Shown here in pieces: positions 26,643 through 35,342 of a DNA stretch of 64,000 bases (within the stretch, counting starts at the first letter, position 1; every line of letters starts with the position of its first letter). Both the position numbers and the translations under genes were made by a program. The stretch is from Clostridiales bacterium (GTDB lineage Bacteria; Bacillota; Clostridia; Christensenellales; UBA1242), in assembly GCA_918292005.1 (NCBI GenBank), contig CAKJZJ010000011.1:18469-82468 (forward strand), written 5' to 3'. Under the pieces are notes generated by a model that was not told the DNA's origin, did no database searches, and saw only the letters and a program-made list of their open reading frames with translations.

Positions 26643-27707
26643 ATGGAAAATAATTATTTTACAGAAAGAGACGAAAATAATATATTAAAAATAAGAGAAA
26701 TTAGAAAAGGCTTACCTGCGTTCTGTGGCGAATTTTTTAGAGGAATTGAACCATATACTACTCCACTCACTAGACTAGGATATGCCCGTGATATAAAGTT
26801 ATTTTTTGATTTTTTAACCCAAGAAACAGAAGAATTTTATCAGAAACCAATTCTACAATTCGATATTGGCGACCTTGATAAAGTTAATTCTACTCATCTG
26901 GAAATGTTTTTGGAGTACATCAGTCTATATAGAGTTAATGGTGTCACCTATAAAAATGGCGAGAAAGCTAGATGTAGAAAATTAAGTAGTATCCGTGCAT
27001 TATTTAAATATTTCTTTAAAAAAGACGCAATAAAAAATAATGTTGCATCAAAAATTGATACACCTAAAATACATGAAAGTCAGATTATCAGACTAGAATT
27101 AGACGAAGTGGAAAAAGTCCTTGATCTAGCCGAAACTGGTGAAGATATGACTAATATGCAGAAAGAATTTCATAAACATACTCAAGCTCGTGACTACGCA
27201 ATGTTATCGTTATTTTTAGGAACAGGAATTCGTATTTCTGAATGTGTTGGACTCAATATTGATGATTTTGATTTTAAACAGAATGCATTTAAAGTAACCA
27301 GAAAAGGTGGAAATAAAGTCATTTTATATTTTAATGATGAAGTATCTGATGCACTACAAAACTATATTTTGGAAAGAAAAAAAATAAAGACACAGCCTGG
27401 TAGTGAAAATGCCCTATTTTTGAGCATGCAGAATAAACGTATTTCTGTGCGTGCCGTCGAAAAACTGGTAAAAAAATACAGTAAGATAGTAAATCCACTG
27501 AAAAAAATAACACCCCATAAATTAAGAAGTACATTTGGTACAAACTTATATAGAGCTACTGGAGATATTTATGTTGTTGCTGATGTTTTAGGACACAAAG
27601 ATGTAAATACCACACGTAAACATTATGCTGCAATATCAGATGATATCAGAAGAAATGCCGCAAAGAAGGTAAAATTTAGAGAAGAAAAAGAATTAGAAGA
27701 AGTTTAA
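26643..27707 (+). CDS. tyrosine recombinase, XerC/XerD family
   Basis: Catalytic signature pieces: GTGIRISE (Arg), HKLRSTF (His-x-x-Arg), LGHKDVNTTRKHY (His...Tyr). N-terminal core-binding domain. The second ATG (26643) lies 6 nt after GGAGA; the track start is 26637. Confidence 0.85.
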   Translation: MENNYFTERDENNILKIREIRKGLPAFCGEFFRGIEPYTTPLTRLGYARDIKLFFDFLTQETEEFYQKPILQFDIGDLDKVNSTHLEMFLEYISLYRVNGVTYKNGEKARCRKLSSIRALFKYFFKKDAIKNNVASKIDTPKIHESQIIRLELDEVEKVLDLAETGEDMTNMQKEFHKHTQARDYAMLSLFLGTGIRISECVGLNIDDFDFKQNAFKVTRKGGNKVILYFNDEVSDALQNYILERKKIKTQPGSENALFLSMQNKRISVRAVEKLVKKYSKIVNPLKKITPHKLRSTFGTNLYRATGDIYVVADVLGHKDVNTTRKHYAAISDDIRRNAAKKVKFREEKELEEV

Positions 27708-27714
27708 AAAATTT

Positions 27715-27754
27715 AGAACATTTGTTTGACATTGGGAAAAATTCATGATAACAT
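27715..27754 (+). promoter_or_regulatory. lexA promoter with overlapping Cheo-like LexA box
   Basis: Box AGAACATTTGTTTG (27715-27728) overlaps -35 TTGACA (27726-27731). A 17-nt spacer follows, then an extended -10 TGaTAACAT (27746-27754). Confidence 0.6.
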
Positions 27755-27814
27755 ATATTATGTAAATAATGTAGTGGGCGAATCCCCTACAATTTAACAT
27801 ATAGGTAGGTTAAA

Positions 27815-28435
27815 ATGAAAGAATCAAAAGAAGAACAATTACTTAGTTTTATTAAAACGTATCTTAATGATAATGGATATCCTCCAACAGTAAGAGAAAT
27901 GTGTAAAGCGATAAAAGTAAGTAGCACAAGCACTATATTTTATTATTTAAACAAACTAGAAAATTCCAATAAAATCCGTAAAAATCCCAATAAAAATAGA
28001 GCTTTAGAAGTTGTTGGTAGTTCAACTTTTGGTAGTTCTAATATATCTTCGCTTGATGGCGAATTTACTAGAATACCAGTTATTGGTACGGTAACGTGTG
28101 GATCGCCAATTTTGGCTATACAGACCACAGATGAATATTTTGTTGTTTCCCCATCGTTATTTAAAGGTAATGACCTATTTATGTTAACAGCACGTGGTGA
28201 TAGTATGATTAATGCTGGTATATATAGCGGAGACAAAATTATATTGAAGCAACAATCAAGTGCAGATAATGGCGATATTGTTGCTGCTCTAATTGATGAT
28301 AGCGCCACAATAAAGCGTTTTTATAAGGAAAAAGGTCATTATAGACTACAACCAGAGAATGATGCTATGGAACCTATAATAGTTGATAATGTTCAAATAC
28401 TCGGCAAAGTCGTTGGATTAGTTAGAAAATTTTAA
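27815..28435 (+). CDS. lexA: LexA repressor
   Basis: N-terminal wHTH (GYPPTVREMCKAIKVSSTSTIFYYLNKLE). S24 peptidase domain with Ser (ARGDSM) and Lys (ATIKRF). Confidence 0.92.
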   Translation: MKESKEEQLLSFIKTYLNDNGYPPTVREMCKAIKVSSTSTIFYYLNKLENSNKIRKNPNKNRALEVVGSSTFGSSNISSLDGEFTRIPVIGTVTCGSPILAIQTTDEYFVVSPSLFKGNDLFMLTARGDSMINAGIYSGDKIILKQQSSADNGDIVAALIDDSATIKRFYKEKGHYRLQPENDAMEPIIVDNVQILGKVVGLVRKF

Positions 28436-28445
28436 TTAGTATAAT

Positions 28446-28472
28446 AAAAAGCACTAAAACTAGTGCTTTTTT
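28446..28472. terminator. bidirectional terminator between lexA and miaA
   Basis: A5-GCACTA-aaac-TAGTGC-T6, between the convergent stops. Confidence 0.65.
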
Positions 28473-29379
28473 ATTTATTATATAATTCGATAATTTTGTT
28501 TATAGTATCTGGATCTTTGGGATTTAACCAGATAATATTTTTATTGCGTTTAAACCATGTGATCTGTCTTTTGGCATAATTCCTAGTATGTTTTTTAATA
28601 AGCTCAATGGCATCGTTTAAATCGATTTTCCCACTTAAATACTGATAAATCTCTTTATAGCCTATTCCTTTCATAGATTGGTTAATTTCAGGGTTTAATC
28701 CACGTTCATACAAGGATTTTACTTCGTCAATAAGACCGTCATTAATCATGCTATCAACCCTACTATTAATTCTATCATATAATTCCTGTCTATCTATGTT
28801 TAAACCAATCAACAAAGGGTTATTTAGTATCGGTTGATGTTCATTATTAATTGCATCTAAATTCTGACCAGAAGATAAATTAATTTCAAGAGCCCTAATA
28901 ATTCTTTTAGTATCATTGATATGAAGTCTCTGAGCTGCTTTTGGATCAACACTTAATAATTTATTATAGATATACTCTTTACCATTAAGTTCTAGTTGAT
29001 TTTCCAATTCATGACGTAAATCGCTAGATGATGTTGATGCATATGAGTAATTATTGATTAAACTATCAATATAAAACCCTGTTCCACCTACAACAATAGG
29101 AATTAACTTTTTAGATTGGAATTCTTTAATTTTAGATTCTGCTAATTCACGATATTGAGAAACATTAAAAGTATCAGTCGGAGATACAATCGAAATTAAA
29201 TGATGAGTAACTCCTGACATTTCACTATTAGTAGGTTTGGCTGTTCCTATATTCAGATCTCTATATATATACATACTGTCAGCATTGATTATTTCTGTAT
29301 TAAAGTGTTTTGCCAATTCAATAGATATTCTAGTTTTGCCTGTAGCCGTAGGACCTAATATTATTATACTATCGTACAT
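28471..29379 (-). CDS. miaA: tRNA dimethylallyltransferase
   Basis: P-loop GPTATGKT and IINADSMYIYRDLNIGTAKP. Position after mutL is conserved in Firmicutes. Confidence 0.92.
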   Translation of the reverse strand: MYDSIIILGPTATGKTRISIELAKHFNTEIINADSMYIYRDLNIGTAKPTNSEMSGVTHHLISIVSPTDTFNVSQYRELAESKIKEFQSKKLIPIVVGGTGFYIDSLINNYSYASTSSSDLRHELENQLELNGKEYIYNKLLSVDPKAAQRLHINDTKRIIRALEINLSSGQNLDAINNEHQPILNNPLLIGLNIDRQELYDRINSRVDSMINDGLIDEVKSLYERGLNPEINQSMKGIGYKEIYQYLSGKIDLNDAIELIKKHTRNYAKRQITWFKRNKNIIWLNPKDPDTINKIIELYNK

Positions 29380-31301
29380 TAGACTATCCTTTTAAACCAT
29401 TTTTCAATTTCTTTTTTATCTAATTCTACAACAATTGGTCTGCCATGTGGACATAGTAAAACTTGATTTTCATTATTTAATAGTGTAACTAAATGATCTA
29501 TCTCACTATCACTTAAACAATCGTTTGCTTTTACAGCAGCTTTACATGCTTTCTTTGCAATATAATCACGTATAACATTTTGTTTAGAAAGTATTAGGTT
29601 ATTGTCAATATCATTTAATATATTGTCAAAAATCTGTGATATGTCTATATTATTAAACACAACAGGTTCTGATGATATTTTAAATGAATTATCCCCAAAT
29701 TCACTAATATCAAATCCCATTGAATTGATTAGAGTAATATTTTCTTTTATAAATTGTGCTTCCATATAATTGCAATCAATTACATATGGTATGAGCAATG
29801 GTTGTGTATTGATTTGCTGACTTTCGAGATCTTTATTAAATTTATCAAACAAGATTCTTTCATGTCCAGCATGCTGATCTATTAGTAAAACTTTATTATT
29901 CTTTTCAACTAAAATGTATGTATTAAATATAGTGCCAATTATCTTATATGATGCATCTTGTAATAATTGAATGGATTGTTGATCAACATTACTATCAGGA
30001 ATACTTATACCTTCATTGTTATCTACAGTATTTGGTTGTTGAACTTTAAAATCAAAATCTTCCATCACACTATTGTTTATTTTGTATTGTGCTGTTGTTT
30101 CATTAATTTTGTTTTTAAAATCAATCTCATCATTCTTTTCTTTATTGGATTCGTATACGTGTTCTTTTTCTCCAACCAAACTTACTTCTTTGATTTCATT
30201 TGATTCATATTCTAATTTGTTAAATTCAGTACCGATATTTGATGTGTTTTCTAATTTTGAAATATCTACATTTTCTTTAGAATCATCATCTTCTGTAGTA
30301 ATCTTTTTAGTATCATTAATATGATATAGAATATTTGAGATTTCCGAATATATTATACCAAATAGTAAATTATTGTCTTCAAATTTTACATCTAGTTTAT
30401 TTGGATGTACATTGACGTCTACTTTGTCTAGTGGTATTTCCATATTAATCACATAGAAAGGAAATGAATTTTTCATTATATGGTTTTCATATGCTCTAAA
30501 TACAGATGTTGACACGGTTTGGTTGATTACATATCTGCCATTTATTATTAATGTTTGATATGTTCTATTTGGTTTAGTATATGTTGGTTTACCTAGGTAT
30601 CCATAAAATTTGTAATTGTCCCTACTAAATTCAAAACTAAATATGTTATCAACAATTGATTTTCCATATATTGAGTATATTGCATCATACAGGCCACTTC
30701 CATATGATTGATAAACAATTTTATTGTCGGCAATATACTTGATAGAAATATTTGGATTCGCCAAAATTAATCTAGAAACATAATTTGTAATCTCTGTTTC
30801 TTCTTGTTTTGGCTTCTTTAGAAACTTTTTCCTTGCTGGAATATTATAAAACAATTCGTCTACAACAATATATGTACCTGTGGTTGCACCAATAGGAACT
30901 ATATCTTCCATTTCACCACCAAATACTTTTATCTGATGGCCTTCGTCATCAGACTCGGTTTTTGATGATAGAGTAACTTTTGAAACTGCTGCAATTGATG
31001 CCAGTGCTTCGCCCCTAAATCCTAATGTTCCTATTTTGTTTAGATCCGCTATAGACTTTATTTTGCTAGTTGCATGTGGCAAAAAAACTTTATTAAAGTC
31101 GTCTGCATCAATACCGGAACCATTATCGGAAACTTTAATTTGTGTTATGCCGCCATCTAATATTTCTATTGTAATATTAGTGGCATGAGCATCAATACTA
31201 TTCTCTACTAGTTCTTTTACTACACTAGCAGGCTTGTCTACAACTTCACCTGCTGCTATTTTTGTATAAACATCTTTTGTTAAAATATTAATTTTAGACA
31301 T
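29379..31301 (-). CDS. mutL: DNA mismatch repair protein MutL
   Basis: GHKL motifs ELVENSIDA, DNGSGI, GFRGEAL. C-terminal endonuclease motif DQHAGHERILF. Confidence 0.95.
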   Translation of the reverse strand: MSKINILTKDVYTKIAAGEVVDKPASVVKELVENSIDAHATNITIEILDGGITQIKVSDNGSGIDADDFNKVFLPHATSKIKSIADLNKIGTLGFRGEALASIAAVSKVTLSSKTESDDEGHQIKVFGGEMEDIVPIGATTGTYIVVDELFYNIPARKKFLKKPKQEETEITNYVSRLILANPNISIKYIADNKIVYQSYGSGLYDAIYSIYGKSIVDNIFSFEFSRDNYKFYGYLGKPTYTKPNRTYQTLIINGRYVINQTVSTSVFRAYENHIMKNSFPFYVINMEIPLDKVDVNVHPNKLDVKFEDNNLLFGIIYSEISNILYHINDTKKITTEDDDSKENVDISKLENTSNIGTEFNKLEYESNEIKEVSLVGEKEHVYESNKEKNDEIDFKNKINETTAQYKINNSVMEDFDFKVQQPNTVDNNEGISIPDSNVDQQSIQLLQDASYKIIGTIFNTYILVEKNNKVLLIDQHAGHERILFDKFNKDLESQQINTQPLLIPYVIDCNYMEAQFIKENITLINSMGFDISEFGDNSFKISSEPVVFNNIDISQIFDNILNDIDNNLILSKQNVIRDYIAKKACKAAVKANDCLSDSEIDHLVTLLNNENQVLLCPHGRPIVVELDKKEIEKWFKRIV

Positions 31302-31302
31302 A

Positions 31303-33915
31303 TTAATCCTTTTTTAAATAATTTTTCAATTGTAATAGAATATCAAAAGCATTCAATGGTGTTAATGTGTTTACATCCAAATCATTCAAAATATTAGTAA
31401 TATTCTTTAGATTTTTATTGTTTTCTGTGTTTTTTACAGCATAATTTTCATCAAGTGAATTTATGATTTTGGTCTCTCTAGACAAATCATTTTCTTCTAG
31501 TATATGCAGAATATCTTTTGCTCTAGTTAGTACGGACTCTGGTAAACCTGCTAAAGAAGCAACTTCTATACCAAAACTCCTATTTGCTCCACCTCTAACG
31601 ATTTTTCTTAGGAATATGATACTATTATTAAATTCTTTTACGGATACTTGATAATTCTTGATACCATCTATCAGGCCTTCTAATTCGGTTAATTCATGAT
31701 AATGTGTGGAAAACAAAGTCTTTGCTGTAAGTGATTTGGATATGTATTCTATAACTGACCAGGCAATACTAAGTCCATCAAATGTAGAAGTACCCCTACC
31801 GATTTCGTCTAATATAAGTAAACTATTATTTGTAGCATTGTGAAGAATATTACTTACTTCAGACATTTCTACCATAAATGTACTTTGTCCCATAGACAGA
31901 TCGTCACTAGCACCTATTCTTGTAAATATTTTATCTGTTAAAGATATTTTTGCAGATTTGGCTGGAACAAAAGAACCAATATGCGCCATCAATGTTATTA
32001 GTGCTACTTGTCTCATATATGTGCTTTTACCAGCCATATTTGGACCTGTAATTATCATAGTTCTACTATCGGTAACATTGAGTATTGTATCGTTTGGTAT
32101 GAATTCTTCTTTATTAATCAATTCAATAATTGGATGTCTACCACCAATTATTTCGATAGATTTATTGTTTTTATTTATTATTGGTTTTACATATCTATGT
32201 TCAACTGCAACATTAGCTAGAGATAGTAGCACATCCAATTCTGCAACAGCCTTTGCCGTTAGTTTAATCTGTGGTAAAGACTCTAGAAGTTTATTTCTAA
32301 TAATAGCAAATATTTCTTTTTCCAGTTGTTCTTTCATAGAATCTGCATTTAGAATTTTATCTTCTATTTGTTTTAATTCTTCCGTGATAAACCTTTCAGC
32401 ATTTGCTACTGTTTGTCTACGAATATAATCATAAGGAACATTGTTAGAAAGACTTTTAGTAATCTCTATGTAATATCCAAAAACCTTATTATATGCTATC
32501 TTTAAATTCTTAATTCCAGTGCGTTCTTTTTCTTTAATTTCTAGATTCGCTATCCAAGTTTTTGCAGATTTTGAAATATCAATATATGAATCTAAATCCT
32601 TATTAAAGCCGTATTTTATGATATCGTTTTCTTTATTCGGTTTAATAATATTATTTTTATCTACAATGGATTTATCTAAAATATCTACTATTTGGGTAAA
32701 ATCAAACAAATTGTCATTGATATTAAGAATATTTTGCGACTGAAAAGACTTTAGACATTCTTTCAATTCTGGTATCAAAGCTAGAGAGTTCTTTAAAATT
32801 ATGCAATCACTATTAACTAGATTATTATAACTAATCCTACCACACAATCTCTCTATATCATATATTCGATATAAAATATCGCCAATTTTTTCTCTTAATG
32901 CTATATTTTTTACTAATTCATCTACGGAAGATAATCTTGCATTAATTTTTTTGTCATTGTACAAAGGCTGTTCAATATAATTCTTTAAAAGTCTAGCACC
33001 CATTGCAGTTTTAGTTTTATTCAACACCCAAAACAAAGTACCTTTTTTCTTTCTATCTTTTAATGTTTCTGTTAATTCTAGATTGCGTCTAGTATTAGCA
33101 TCTAATTGCATATAATCGATAGATGAGAAATATTCAATATTATTGATATGAGATAAATCTCTTTTTTGAGTCTCAAAAATATATGTAAGTAATGCACCGG
33201 CACTAATGCAAGCAAATTGTCTATTATTAATATTGAATGACTTTAGAGTATTTACATTTAATTGCTTCTTTAATATTTCAACGGCTACTGTATAATCGAA
33301 ATGCTCATTATCATACTCTGAGCAATTAGGTAGATAGCCTGTAGTCACAGCTGGTAGCATCTGATAAAATGCCTTCATTTCGGCATTTACAATTACTTCA
33401 CTCGGATTAAAACTAACTAAATAATCATTTGTCTTACTAAGGATATTATCTCCTGTAAATTCAGTTACAATAAATTTTCCAGTGGATATATCTAGAGTAG
33501 ATATACCAATATTGTCCTTTTCTTTGAATATGCAAACTATATAATTATTTTTTGTTTCGTCAAGCATTACAGTATCCATTAGAGTACCTGGAGTGATTAC
33601 TCTAACTACATCTCTTTCGACCAATTTTACACCCTTTTTAGGTTCGGTTAATTGCTCACAAATGGCTACTTTATAGCCTTTATCTAGCAACTTTGCAATG
33701 TAACTCTCAGCAGCATGATGTGGAACACCACACATTGGTGCACGCTGTTCCAAGCCACAGTCTTTACCTGTTAGGGTTAATTCTAATTCTCTAGCACACA
33801 ACTCTGCATCTTCAAAAAACATCTCGTAGAAGTCACCTAGACGATAGAATAATATTGAATCTTTGTATTTTTCTTTTGTTTCCAAATATTTGGTCATCAT
33901 TGGAGATAAAGCCAT
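31303..33915 (-). CDS. mutS: DNA mismatch repair protein MutS
   Basis: SPMMTKYLETKEKY...LGDFYEMFFEDA, Walker A GPNMAGKST, DEIGRGTST. ATG 33915 lies 5 nt after AAGGTGA and is preferred over the track's GTG 33924. Confidence 0.95.
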   Translation of the reverse strand: MALSPMMTKYLETKEKYKDSILFYRLGDFYEMFFEDAELCARELELTLTGKDCGLEQRAPMCGVPHHAAESYIAKLLDKGYKVAICEQLTEPKKGVKLVERDVVRVITPGTLMDTVMLDETKNNYIVCIFKEKDNIGISTLDISTGKFIVTEFTGDNILSKTNDYLVSFNPSEVIVNAEMKAFYQMLPAVTTGYLPNCSEYDNEHFDYTVAVEILKKQLNVNTLKSFNINNRQFACISAGALLTYIFETQKRDLSHINNIEYFSSIDYMQLDANTRRNLELTETLKDRKKKGTLFWVLNKTKTAMGARLLKNYIEQPLYNDKKINARLSSVDELVKNIALREKIGDILYRIYDIERLCGRISYNNLVNSDCIILKNSLALIPELKECLKSFQSQNILNINDNLFDFTQIVDILDKSIVDKNNIIKPNKENDIIKYGFNKDLDSYIDISKSAKTWIANLEIKEKERTGIKNLKIAYNKVFGYYIEITKSLSNNVPYDYIRRQTVANAERFITEELKQIEDKILNADSMKEQLEKEIFAIIRNKLLESLPQIKLTAKAVAELDVLLSLANVAVEHRYVKPIINKNNKSIEIIGGRHPIIELINKEEFIPNDTILNVTDSRTMIITGPNMAGKSTYMRQVALITLMAHIGSFVPAKSAKISLTDKIFTRIGASDDLSMGQSTFMVEMSEVSNILHNATNNSLLILDEIGRGTSTFDGLSIAWSVIEYISKSLTAKTLFSTHYHELTELEGLIDGIKNYQVSVKEFNNSIIFLRKIVRGGANRSFGIEVASLAGLPESVLTRAKDILHILEENDLSRETKIINSLDENYAVKNTENNKNLKNITNILNDLDVNTLTPLNAFDILLQLKNYLKKD

Positions 33916-33926
33916 AAATTTCACCT

Positions 33927-35234
33927 TTAAACTAATTCTGCATACAGTTTGTTATTGATAAACTTAATAATTTTTACATTATAAAAAACATTTTCTTTTA
34001 GTTGTGCATTGACTACAACTGTTTTTCCACTATCAGTTTGGGTTATACATTCATTATTTTCATTTTTAATAGCCATTACAGACACTGTTTTCCCTACAAT
34101 TTCTTTGTTTTTTTCTTTTGTAATCTGTTTGGATAATTGTAATAGTGCATGAATTCTGTCTTTTTTTACGCTTTCGTCAATTTGATTTTCCATTTTATCT
34201 GCAACTGTTCCACTGCGTCGTGAAAACATAAAAGCAAAAACACCATCAAACCTAACTTCTTTTACGAGATTATATGTGTCCATAAAATCTTTTTCGGTTT
34301 CTCCTGGGAAACCAACAATGATATCTGTAGAAATATAAGCATCTGGAATAGCATCTCTAATCATTTTTATCAATGAGAAATAATGCTCTCTAGTATATTT
34401 TCTATTCATTGATTTCAAAATTGCATTAGAGCCTGATTGAATAGGCAGATGTATGCATTTGCAAATTTTGTCATTAGATTTAATAGTATCCACCACCTGC
34501 TGACTAAGATCCTTAGGATGAGATGTCATAAATTTAATTTTAAAATCACCAGGTATTTCAGCCACTTTTTTGAGTAGATTTGCAAAATTTACATCTGAAT
34601 CATCTATATCATTACCATAACTATTGACGTTCTGACCGAGTAAAGTTACATATCTATACCCACTGTCAACCAAACTTTTTACTTCTGCAATTATATCGGA
34701 CATTTGTCTACTACGTTCTCTACCACGAACATATGGAACTATACAGTAAGAACAAAAATTATTGCATCCATAATTAATATTGACCCAACCATTAGAAAAC
34801 ATATTGTCTCTAACGATATCTATGTTTTCATAAATACCATTTTCTTTTTCCCACACATCATCTATTTTTTTGCGAGACTCATTGAATTTAGTAATGTAAT
34901 CTTTCAATAGATGAATATTGTGCGTACCGAATATAATGTCTACAAATGGGAATTTTTCGAATATAAGCTTATCCCTACCTTCTGCCTGAGTCATACAGCC
35001 ACAAATGGCAATAATCAGATTTGGATTCTTTTTCTTTAATTTTTTTAAAGCACCTATATTACCCAAAATTTTTTGTTCAACGCCATCACGTATGCAACAA
35101 GTATTAAAGACTATCACATCAGCATCATTTACTGTATTAGTAGATACATAACCTAAATTTTCCAACATTCCAGCCAGTTTTTCACTATCGTGAACATTCA
35201 TCTGGCAGCCAAAAGTTTTTATAAAATATTTCAC
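33927..35234 (-). CDS. miaB: tRNA-2-methylthio-N6-dimethylallyladenosine synthase
   Basis: FGCQMNVHDSE N-domain, radical-SAM CNNFCSYC, TRAM C-terminus. GTG start after AGGAAAAG. Confidence 0.9.
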   Translation of the reverse strand: MKYFIKTFGCQMNVHDSEKLAGMLENLGYVSTNTVNDADVIVFNTCCIRDGVEQKILGNIGALKKLKKKNPNLIIAICGCMTQAEGRDKLIFEKFPFVDIIFGTHNIHLLKDYITKFNESRKKIDDVWEKENGIYENIDIVRDNMFSNGWVNINYGCNNFCSYCIVPYVRGRERSRQMSDIIAEVKSLVDSGYRYVTLLGQNVNSYGNDIDDSDVNFANLLKKVAEIPGDFKIKFMTSHPKDLSQQVVDTIKSNDKICKCIHLPIQSGSNAILKSMNRKYTREHYFSLIKMIRDAIPDAYISTDIIVGFPGETEKDFMDTYNLVKEVRFDGVFAFMFSRRSGTVADKMENQIDESVKKDRIHALLQLSKQITKEKNKEIVGKTVSVMAIKNENNECITQTDSGKTVVVNAQLKENVFYNVKIIKFINNKLYAELV

Positions 35235-35342
35235 AATCTTTTCCTATAATTAAAAATAAATATTTGTACAAGATAATTATATATTATTATAGCGAAAAAT
35301 TCAAGGTTTTTAAATATTATAATATTTAAAGAGTAATTATCT

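Noticed and set aside
27771-27790. GC-rich hairpin GTAGTGGG-cgaat-CCCCTAC in the lexA 5' UTR, just downstream of the recombinase gene. It superficially resembles a tRNA T-arm or acceptor fragment, which could indicate an att site.
   Set aside because: The loop is 5 nt rather than the 7-nt TTCGAAT type. The stem has a bulge, there is no CCA/acceptor continuation, and no matching second copy is present. It is probably just a leader stem-loop.
24532-28435. Prophage, integrative element or defence island around the recombinase (YgjP-like peptidase, orphan gene, recombinase, lexA).
   Set aside because: There are no phage structural, replication, restriction or effector genes and no att duplication. 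Only the weaker cassette hypothesis is retained, as a finding.
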